Assembly (NCBI GenBank): GCA_026129095.1
Contig: JAHCIT010000002.1
Location: forward strand, 310,001 to 374,000
DNA: 64,000 nt
Direction: 5' to 3'
From: Deltaproteobacteria bacterium
GTDB taxonomy: Bacteria > JAGRBM01 > JAHCIT01
Shown here: positions 56,640 to 64,000 of the stretch, piece after piece
Layout: the number at the start of each line of letters is the position of its first letter
Position numbering within the stretch: position 1 is the first letter of the stretch
Made by a program: the position numbers and the translations under genes
The notes under the pieces: model-generated
The model's database searches: none
Told to the model about the DNA's origin: nothing
The model's input: only the letters and a program-made list of their open reading frames with translations

Positions 56640-57639
56640 TCCGGCGAGCGGGCTCGCCCTGGCAGTCCTGCTGGCGGCGCTGTTTGCCGCCGACCGCTAT
56701 CTGCTGGACGGGCTCTCGCCCTATGTCCGGCTTCTCATTGTCACGTCGGCGATCAATGCACTCTTGGCGGCATCACTGAACCTGGTCAATGGCGTCACCG
56801 GACTGTTTTCCATCGGACACGCAGGTTTCATGGCCTGCGGCGCATTCCTTACCGCCGGCACTCTCGCCCATTTCGGCCGGGACGGTGTGCTGCCTGTACT
56901 GTGGGATATGGCGGGAGGACTCGGGGCGACGCTCGTGTACACGGGTATTCTCGCCGCCGGAGGCCTGCTCGCCGTGGTGGCCAGCCTCATCGTCGGCGTA
57001 CCGACCTTGAGGCTCCGGGGTGACTACCTCGCCATTGCCACCCTGGGCTTTGGGGAGATCATCCGGGTTCTGATCGTCAACACCGAGAAGCTCGGCGGTG
57101 CGCGCGGGCTGTCGGTACCAGTCCGGTACCTGGTGGACGACCGTCTGTTTCCGGTGCTGTCGGTGACGATTCTCGGTATCATATTCCTCTACCGGCTGGT
57201 CCATTCGAACCGTGGACTTTCGTACTTCACGGTCCGCGAGGATGAAGTGGCCGCCCGAAGCATCGGCATTTCCACCACCCGGACGCGGATCGAGGCATTC
57301 GTGATTGGAAGCTTCTTCGCCGGTGTCGCTGGCGCCATGATGGGTTTTACCCAGACGCTGGTGCATCCCGACTCGTTCCAGTTCCTGAGAAGCATCGAGA
57401 TCGTCGTGATGGTCGTACTGGGAGGCCTCGGATCCTTTACCGGCGCCGTTTCGGCCGCCGTGCTGCTGACGCTTCTTCTGGAGGGCCTCCGGAGCACTCC
57501 ACTCCAGGCTCCGGAGTGGCGGCTCATCATCTACGCCCTCTTGCTCATCGTTATGATGCTGTTCCGGCCGCAGGGGCTTCTGGGACGATGGGAAATCACC
57601 AGCTGGTGGCGCAGCCGCAGGCAGGGAGGCGCTTCATGA
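56611..57639 (+). CDS. livM: Branched-chain amino acid ABC transporter permease
   Basis: SIGHAGF, LRLRGDYLAIATLGFGEI and FRPQGLLG. Confidence 0.92.
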   Translation: METNSLKRFDPASGLALAVLLAALFAADRYLLDGLSPYVRLLIVTSAINALLAASLNLVNGVTGLFSIGHAGFMACGAFLTAGTLAHFGRDGVLPVLWDMAGGLGATLVYTGILAAGGLLAVVASLIVGVPTLRLRGDYLAIATLGFGEIIRVLIVNTEKLGGARGLSVPVRYLVDDRLFPVLSVTILGIIFLYRLVHSNRGLSYFTVREDEVAARSIGISTTRTRIEAFVIGSFFAGVAGAMMGFTQTLVHPDSFQFLRSIEIVVMVVLGGLGSFTGAVSAAVLLTLLLEGLRSTPLQAPEWRLIIYALLLIVMMLFRPQGLLGRWEITSWWRSRRQGGAS

Positions 57640-58451
57640 GCCTGCTGGAGCTGTCGGGTGCCGGGATCCGGTTCGGCGGCATCCGGGCCGTCTCGTCCCT
57701 CGACCTTGCCGTTGAAACCGATTCACTGGCCGCCCTGATCGGACCCAATGGCGCCGGAAAAACGACAGCCTTCAACCTCATCACCGGCATTTACGAGCCA
57801 ACCGAGGGCGGCATCCGCTTCGACGCCAAACCGCTCAAGGGACTGGATCCTTCCGCACGCGCACGGCTCGGCATCGCCCGCACGTTCCAGAACATACGCC
57901 TGTTTCGTGATCTCAGCGTGCTGGACAACATCCGCGCCGCGTATGTTCCGGCTCTGGGGTACGGGCTACTGGGGGCCATCCGGCGTGGCCGCCATTTCCA
58001 CGCCGAGGAAGGCGAGTTCCGCAAACGGGCGGAACTGGTGCTGGAGGAAACCGGCCTCGCACCGTGGGCACATTCCGCCGCCGGGAGTTTGCCCTATGGC
58101 CAGCAGCGACGGCTCGAGCTGGCCAGGGCTCTGGCGACCGGTCCAAGACTTCTTCTGCTCGATGAACCGGCCGCCGGCATGAACCCGGCTGAAAAGCAGG
58201 AACTGGCGGCCCTGATCCGGAGGCTCAAGGAGCGCCACAGGCTGACCATCCTGCTCATCGAGCACGACATGCGGTTCGTCATGGGGCTTTCTGAGCATAT
58301 TACGGTCATGGATCATGGCATCAGGATTGCCGATGGCACTCCGGACGATATCCGCGCCAATCCCAAGGTGATCGAGGCTTACCTTGGACCGGACGTGCCG
58401 CCCGCGGAAATGACCGAGGCCCGGCGGGAACTGGGAGAGAAGAGCCTGTGA
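57636..58451 (+). CDS. livG: Branched-chain amino acid ABC transporter ATP-binding protein
   Basis: GPNGAGKT, RTFQNIRLF, LPYGQQR, DEPAAG and IEHDM. Confidence 0.94.
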   Translation: MSLLELSGAGIRFGGIRAVSSLDLAVETDSLAALIGPNGAGKTTAFNLITGIYEPTEGGIRFDAKPLKGLDPSARARLGIARTFQNIRLFRDLSVLDNIRAAYVPALGYGLLGAIRRGRHFHAEEGEFRKRAELVLEETGLAPWAHSAAGSLPYGQQRRLELARALATGPRLLLLDEPAAGMNPAEKQELAALIRRLKERHRLTILLIEHDMRFVMGLSEHITVMDHGIRIADGTPDDIRANPKVIEAYLGPDVPPAEMTEARRELGEKSL

Positions 58452-59152
58452 GCCTGCTGGAGATCAGCGGACTTCATGTTTCGTACGGCGCCATCCGGGC
58501 GATCCGGGGAGTGGATTTTTCAGTCGAAGAAGGGTCGATCGTCACCCTGATCGGCGCCAACGGTGCAGGGAAAACGACCCTGCTCTCCGCCATCGCCGGC
58601 CTGCTTAAACCCTCTTCCGGATCAGTCCGGTTCGCGGGTGAGGAGATCACCGGACTCAAGGCACATCAGGCTGTCTCCAGAGGCCTGTCGCTCGTGCCGG
58701 AAGGCCGGGCCATCTTCGCAAACCTCACGGTGCAGGAAAACCTCCAGCTTGGCGCCTACCTGCGGAAGGACGGCATCGCGGACGATATCGGACGGATGCT
58801 CACGCTTTTTCCCGTGCTGAATGAACGGTACAGGCAGAATGCCGGCACGCTTTCGGGCGGCGAGCAGCAGATGCTTGCCATCGCCCGGGCGCTGATGGCC
58901 CGGCCGCGACTGCTGCTGCTGGATGAGCCTTCACTGGGACTTGCGCCGCTCGTCGTTCGGACAATCTTTGAAACGATCCGGGAGATCAGCCGAAGCGGCA
59001 CCACTGTTCTGCTGGTGGAACAGAATGCCCGGATGGCGCTCGAAACCGCCTCGCACGCCCATGTGCTCGAAACAGGGGAGATCGTCCTTTCCGGACCGAG
59101 CAGCGAGCTGGCCTCAAGTGCCCGGGTAAAGGCAGCCTATCTCGGTGACTGA
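58448..59152 (+). CDS. livF: Branched-chain amino acid ABC transporter ATP-binding protein
   Basis: GANGAGKT, VPEGR, LSGGEQQMLA and DEPSLGLAP. Confidence 0.95.
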   Translation: MSLLEISGLHVSYGAIRAIRGVDFSVEEGSIVTLIGANGAGKTTLLSAIAGLLKPSSGSVRFAGEEITGLKAHQAVSRGLSLVPEGRAIFANLTVQENLQLGAYLRKDGIADDIGRMLTLFPVLNERYRQNAGTLSGGEQQMLAIARALMARPRLLLLDEPSLGLAPLVVRTIFETIREISRSGTTVLLVEQNARMALETASHAHVLETGEIVLSGPSSELASSARVKAAYLGD

Positions 59153-59155
59153 GGG

Positions 59156-60598
59156 TTATTCGCTGCCTGCGATGCCCAAATCATGCGGGCAGCGTTTTTC
59201 GAATACCGACTTTCTGCGGGCGAGAACCTTTCCCGCCGCTTTTTCCGCCTCGACCGGCTCGACGGTTTCGAGATAGGCGCGAAACTCCGCCGCGAGATCA
59301 GTCCATGACCCTTCCGGCGGCGGCGCGCCTGGACCGAGACGCCAGAGACGCTCCAGGGTGCCAGGCCCCCTGGACTCGAGCAGCCACTCCACGAACGCCC
59401 CGGCCACCGGATAGGCAGCGGCTGCGCTCTCCCGCCAGAAACCCGCAAACTGGAGAAATTGCTCCAGATCCAGTTGCGGCCGGTTTTCCACAATAACCCG
59501 CGAAAGCGCCGGAAGCCGGTACCCGGCAGGCGGCACAAGCGCCACAGCGGTTCCCTCCAGCAGCGCGATATTCCACGGAAGTCCCAGCACCGGGCCCCAT
59601 CCGGCCGTCACCAGATGAACCAGCTCATGTTCCAGAAGCCGTTCGCCCCGCAGGCCGGCAAGCGACTTTGGCTCTAGGTAGGCCGTGCCGAGCCAGGGTT
59701 TTGTATAGGTCGTCTGGCGGGCGCCGGTGTAGCGGTACCGTTCATCCGCTGACGGGAAGACGAAAAGCTCCACCTGCGGAGCGGTTTCAATCCCGAGCCG
59801 GGGGAGAATATGCCTCATCGCTTCGTCCACGAGACCGGTGATTCGCTCCTGCTCCGGTGTAGAAACCTGCGGATGGAAATAGATCGCCGCCGACTTCGTT
59901 CGCGCTACGGGGGCAAATTCTGTCCTGAGCCGGGCATGGGTAACCCTCGTCCCCGTGAACGGCGCCAGAAGGAACAGCGAGAAGCCCGCCATGGCGGCCA
60001 TGCCGGCAGCCCGTGGCTTTCCGAGTCCGGCCATCCAGAGCGCGAGCCCGGCCAGAAATCCCTCCAGACGGCCCCAGAACAGCGGAGGAATCACATCCAC
60101 CTGTTCGTCGTAAATGGATCCGGGCCACATCCCGAACAGTGGATGGTGGAACCGGACCGGGGCATCCCTGTACAACGTCCAGAGGACATAACTGGAGGCA
60201 GCCGCCACGAGTGACAGCACAAGAAATACGCGCCACTTCACACGTTGCCACCGGCGGGAAAAAAGTCCCGCCCCGGATCCGCATATCGCGGCAGGGACAA
60301 CATGGAGAAAGTAGAAGAGGAATCCCGGCGGCTGGCTGCAGGGCTGCACGGTCCACTGCTCAACCTGCGCCGGAATCAGCGGCACAAGGGCAAAGGCAGA
60401 AGTCCACCAGGCCAGCGGGCGGACGGGAACTCCGGCGGCCATCCCGGCGCCAGCCGAAAAACCAAACACCAGCACTGCAGACAGGATCGCCAGCTCATAG
60501 TGAAAGGCATTGGCAAGCGGGAACTTCCAGACGAGAACTGCAGAAATCAAAAGCAGCGCCGCAGCGGCGAAAAAGAGGCAGCGGGAGGATCTGGTCAT
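59156..60598 (-). CDS. Membrane protein with C-terminal HExxH (gluzincin / peptidase MA-like) domain
   Basis: Several N-terminal TMs; HELVH followed by LLEGTA and a downstream Y. Confidence 0.7.
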   Translation of the reverse strand: MTRSSRCLFFAAAALLLISAVLVWKFPLANAFHYELAILSAVLVFGFSAGAGMAAGVPVRPLAWWTSAFALVPLIPAQVEQWTVQPCSQPPGFLFYFLHVVPAAICGSGAGLFSRRWQRVKWRVFLVLSLVAAASSYVLWTLYRDAPVRFHHPLFGMWPGSIYDEQVDVIPPLFWGRLEGFLAGLALWMAGLGKPRAAGMAAMAGFSLFLLAPFTGTRVTHARLRTEFAPVARTKSAAIYFHPQVSTPEQERITGLVDEAMRHILPRLGIETAPQVELFVFPSADERYRYTGARQTTYTKPWLGTAYLEPKSLAGLRGERLLEHELVHLVTAGWGPVLGLPWNIALLEGTAVALVPPAGYRLPALSRVIVENRPQLDLEQFLQFAGFWRESAAAAYPVAGAFVEWLLESRGPGTLERLWRLGPGAPPPEGSWTDLAAEFRAYLETVEPVEAEKAAGKVLARRKSVFEKRCPHDLGIAGSE

Positions 60599-60617
60599 CA
60601 GGCACCATCCCGCCCCG

Positions 60618-61103
60618 TCACCCCTTCGGTCTGGCGCGGGGACGGGATGCTTTCCGCTTCGTGGCCGTCCCGGTCGAACCGAATCCGCCGTGACCGCGCC
60701 GGGTAGCATCCAGCTCGTCCGTTTCCCGGAAACGGGCCTGCGCGACCGGGGCCACCACCATCTGTGCGATACGCATGCCAGGTTCTATCGTGAACGGTTC
60801 CTGTCCCAGGTTGGCGAGAATCACTTTCAGCTCGCCCCGGTAATCGGCATCGATAGTCCCGGGCGAATTGAGACAGGTAATACCGTTCTTGATGGCCAGT
60901 CCGGACCTGGGCCGGACCTGGGCCTCGTACCCGCGAGGAAGTGCGATGGCGAGCCCCGTGGGAACCAGGGCGCGCCGCCCCGGTTCCAGCACGAGCGGGT
61001 TGTCCAGATCAGCGGCGAGGTCGGCGCCGGCCGCGTCCGGAGTGGAATAGACCGGAAGAGCAGCCGTCGGCCGGAGCCGCTTAACGGCGACCGCGACCGC
61101 CAC
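60618..61103 (-). CDS. dut: dUTP diphosphatase
   Basis: [29 protein letters not shown] and [10 protein letters not shown]. Probable GTG start at 61103, inside pnp. Confidence 0.95.
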   Translation of the reverse strand: MAVAVAVKRLRPTAALPVYSTPDAAGADLAADLDNPLVLEPGRRALVPTGLAIALPRGYEAQVRPRSGLAIKNGITCLNSPGTIDADYRGELKVILANLGQEPFTIEPGMRIAQMVVAPVAQARFRETDELDATRRGHGGFGSTGTATKRKASRPRARPKG

Positions 61104-63360
61104 GGTCCCTGCCACCACCGCCGTAAGAACCGCGGCCACCCCTGTCGCCACGTCCACCGCGGTCACCACGCCGCTCACCGCCGCCCTGCCGGTCCTCCTC
61201 GCTCACGCCTTCATAGAGATCATCAGGCGGGGGCGGAGCCGGCTTCGTATAGTCAACGGTAGTAGGATCGAGGTGGGCCACTTCCTTGTGAGAGAGGCGC
61301 ACCTTGCCCGTTCCGGCTTCGACATCGAGAACCTTGACGAGGATTTCATCGCCTTCCTGCACCACGTCCTCGACTCGCTCGACCCGGTTCTTGGCAAGAT
61401 GGGAAATATGCACGAGTCCATCCTTGCCGGGGAGGATCTCGACGAATGCGCCGAAATCGGTCACCCGTCTCACCTTGCCCATGTACAGGTATCCGATTTC
61501 CGCCTCGCGGGTGAGATCTCGGATCATCTGGATCGCGGCGTCGGTCTTGGCCTGGTCGGTGGAGGCGATGTCGATGCGGCCGGAATCGTCGATATTGATG
61601 GTCGCTCCCGAGCGCGCAGTGATCTCCCGGATCACCTTTCCGCCCGGCCCGATCACGTCCCGGATCCGGTCCGACGGGATATGAATCGAGGTGATGCGCG
61701 GCGCATATTTCGACAGTTCCGAGCGCGGCTTGTCTATCGCGGCAGCCATCTTTTCCAGGATGTGGAGCCGGCCCCTGCGGGCCTGCTCCAGCGCCTCGCG
61801 CATGATGTCCGTGGTAATACCCGTGACCTTGAGGTCCATCTGGAGCGCCGTGATACCCTTGGTCGTGCCACCCACCTTGAAATCCATGTCTCCCAGATGA
61901 TCTTCGTCACCGAGAATATCCGAGAGAATGGCATAACGCTTCGTGGCGGTGTCCATGATGAGTCCCATGGCGATTCCCGCTACCGGCGCCTTGAGCGGAA
62001 CACCCGCGTCCATCATCGACAGCGTGCCGCCGCAGATGGTCGCCATGGATGACGATCCGTTCGATTCGGTAACCTCCGACACCACCCGGACGATGTAGGG
62101 AAACTCCTCGTACGTTGGCATGACAGATTCCAGCGAACGTTCCGCCAGGGCACCGTGGCCGATTTCCCGGCGGCCGGGGGCAAGGCGGAAGCTCGTTTCA
62201 CCCACCGAATAGGGCGGAAAGTTGTAGTGCAGGAGAAAACGCTTGCGGAACATGCCGTCGTACTGGTCAATCCGCTGTTCGTCCATTTCGGTGCCGAGCG
62301 TGGCCGTGACGATGGCCTGCGTCTCGCCGCGGGTGAACAGCGCCGATCCGTGCACGCGCGGCAGCCAGCCGACTTCGCAGGTGATATCCCGGATGTTCTC
62401 CAGGCCGCGGCCGTCGATACGGACCTTGTCGTTCAGGATGGAGGCCCGCATGAGGTCGCTCTTGAGATTTTCAAGCTCCCCGCTGATCAGGGCACCATGC
62501 TTCTCGAGTTCTTCCTCGGTGAACAGCGCCTTCAGGCCCTTCTTCGCCTCGTCCAGCGCGGCGTAACGGTCCTGCTTGTCGCGGATGGCGAACGCCTTCC
62601 TCACCGGCTCCGTGGCGTAATCGCGTACTTTCCTGACGAGCGCGGCGTCCGGGGCCGGGGCGTCGAACGTGCGCTTGGCGATGCCAATCTCTTTCGCCAG
62701 CTTTTCCTGCATGTCGAGCACCGGCAGCAGCGCCTTGTGGCCGAACTCAATGGCGCGGATCATGTCTTCCTCGGACACTTCCTTTGCGCCTGCCTCGACC
62801 ATCACCACGGCTTCACGCGAAGCGGCAAGGAAGATGTCGATGTCGGACTCCGCCTTCTGCTGCACAGTCGGGTTGATGATGTACTGGCCCGCGACACGCC
62901 CTACCCGGCATCCTCCGATTGGCCCGTGAAATGGGGCATCCGACACCATGAGCGCCGCCGAGGCGCCGATCATGGCCGCACCGGCAGCCTCGTTGTCCGG
63001 ATCCACCGACAGCACGGTCGGCATGAGCTGGGTATCAAAGTGATAGCCTTCGGGGAACAGCGGCCGGATGGGCCGGTCGATGAGCCGCGAGATCAGGGTT
63101 TCACGGTCAGTGGGCCGGGCCTCCCGCTTGAAGTAGCCGCCGGGAATGCGCCCGCCTGCGTAGAACTTCTCGGTGTAGTTGACGGTGAGAGGGAAGAAGT
63201 CGGTGCCCTCCTTCGCCGTGGTGAGCGAGACGGCGGGCACAAGGACCACGGTCTCGCCATAGCGGATAATGACGGCCCCGGATGCCTGTTTGGCAACCCA
63301 GCCGGTTTCGATGGAGAGCGGACGGCCGCCCAGATCGACGGAAACGGTTTTCTTGTTCAT
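61081..63360 (-). CDS. pnp: Polyribonucleotide nucleotidyltransferase (PNPase)
   Basis: Two RNase PH domains ([36 protein letters not shown]), KH and S1 domains, RGG-rich tail. Confidence 0.98.
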   Translation of the reverse strand: MNKKTVSVDLGGRPLSIETGWVAKQASGAVIIRYGETVVLVPAVSLTTAKEGTDFFPLTVNYTEKFYAGGRIPGGYFKREARPTDRETLISRLIDRPIRPLFPEGYHFDTQLMPTVLSVDPDNEAAGAAMIGASAALMVSDAPFHGPIGGCRVGRVAGQYIINPTVQQKAESDIDIFLAASREAVVMVEAGAKEVSEEDMIRAIEFGHKALLPVLDMQEKLAKEIGIAKRTFDAPAPDAALVRKVRDYATEPVRKAFAIRDKQDRYAALDEAKKGLKALFTEEELEKHGALISGELENLKSDLMRASILNDKVRIDGRGLENIRDITCEVGWLPRVHGSALFTRGETQAIVTATLGTEMDEQRIDQYDGMFRKRFLLHYNFPPYSVGETSFRLAPGRREIGHGALAERSLESVMPTYEEFPYIVRVVSEVTESNGSSSMATICGGTLSMMDAGVPLKAPVAGIAMGLIMDTATKRYAILSDILGDEDHLGDMDFKVGGTTKGITALQMDLKVTGITTDIMREALEQARRGRLHILEKMAAAIDKPRSELSKYAPRITSIHIPSDRIRDVIGPGGKVIREITARSGATINIDDSGRIDIASTDQAKTDAAIQMIRDLTREAEIGYLYMGKVRRVTDFGAFVEILPGKDGLVHISHLAKNRVERVEDVVQEGDEILVKVLDVEAGTGKVRLSHKEVAHLDPTTVDYTKPAPPPPDDLYEGVSEEDRQGGGERRGDRGGRGDRGGRGSYGGGGRDRGGRGRR

Positions 63361-63429
63361 GGGTAAATTACGCTTTATTTCCCTTTCGTTTTTGTTGCTG
63401 CCTCTGTTTCAACTCTTTTCAAACACCGA

Positions 63430-63457
63430 GACCCCGGGCCCAAACGGAGCCGGGGTC
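63430..63457 (-). promoter_or_regulatory. Hairpin in the rpsO-pnp intergenic region (possible terminator or processing stem)
   Basis: GACCCCGG-N12-CCGGGGTC. Analogous in position to the RNase III-processed pnp leader of other bacteria. Confidence 0.45.
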
Positions 63458-63506
63458 ACAGGATGCGCACGGAGCGGATGGCCGCGCGCCAGCGGCCCCG
63501 CTCTTC

Positions 63507-63776
63507 CTACTTGCGCAGGTCGAGCGAGCCGATGAGCTTCTTGTACCGTTCGAAGTCGGTGCGCTTCAGGTAGTCCAGGAGCCGCCGCCGCTGGCCGACC
63601 AGTTTCAGGAGTCCGCGCCGGCTGCTGTGGTCCTTCTTGTGAGCCTCGAAGTGCGACTGGAGACTGTTGATCCGCTCGGTCAGGAGCGCGACCTGCACTT
63701 CCGCCGAACCGGTGTCGGTGCCGTGCTTGCGGTACTTACCAATGACTTCTGTTTTCTGGGTCTTTTCGAGCGACAC
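63507..63776 (-). CDS. rpsO: 30S ribosomal protein S15
   Basis: [27 protein letters not shown] start with SD GGAGG. Confidence 0.98.
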   Translation of the reverse strand: MSLEKTQKTEVIGKYRKHGTDTGSAEVQVALLTERINSLQSHFEAHKKDHSSRRGLLKLVGQRRRLLDYLKRTDFERYKKLIGSLDLRK

Positions 63777-64000
63777 TGCTGTCTGCCCTCCGAAACGGCA
63801 GCCTCGTCAACGGGCGCCGCGTTTAGGGGCCAACCGGCCGAGGGAAGGCCAGTGGTCCAGATTTTAGCTGCGCGCGGTGTTAGTCCGCCGTGCCGGGGAA
63901 GTAAAGATAGCCGGTAACAAAGGAATTCAGATGGAAACCAGCAGTGCCTGTTTCCTCATGAATTACAGATAGTTACTTTCCGAGCGCCCTATCCTCTTCT

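Noticed and set aside
1-64000. Prophage, IS element, integrase, CRISPR-Cas or recognisable defence system
   Set aside because: No such motifs or repeat structures were found by eye in any ORF or intergenic region.

Overview
High-GC bacterial chromosomal segment. A MYXO-CTERM-like sorting tail and a TIGR02266-type PilZ protein suggest a Myxococcota or related deltaproteobacterium (inference). Bases 1-17.7 kb are an accessory-looking block beyond the 3' end of tRNA-Leu(GAG). It holds two Baeyer-Villiger monooxygenases, three TetR regulators with candidate palindromic operators, a lipoprotein rubber-oxygenase (RoxA/RoxB)-like diheme cytochrome c and a PF10118 metalloprotein. It also holds a flippase-like/UPF0182 fusion split by a 1-nt frameshift, an ArsB-like permease, a degenerate thermonuclease, a CSLREA surface protein and an RTX protein. 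The rest is mostly core genes: gap-tpiA-secG-tRNA (no pgk), rnr, rlmD, an RluA-family synthase, panE, purMN, livKHMGF and rpsO-pnp-dut. These are interspersed with envelope/glycosylation genes (GT2, GT4, a TMTC-like GT-C/TPR protein), a large thrombospondin-3 lipoprotein and an MCP. The best candidates for an undescribed system are the Rox-BVMO-diiron oxidative cluster (1-8005) and the flippase-UPF0182 fusion (8103-12031). No integrase, transposase, CRISPR array or rRNA was seen. All family assignments come from motif recognition by eye; no database search was run.
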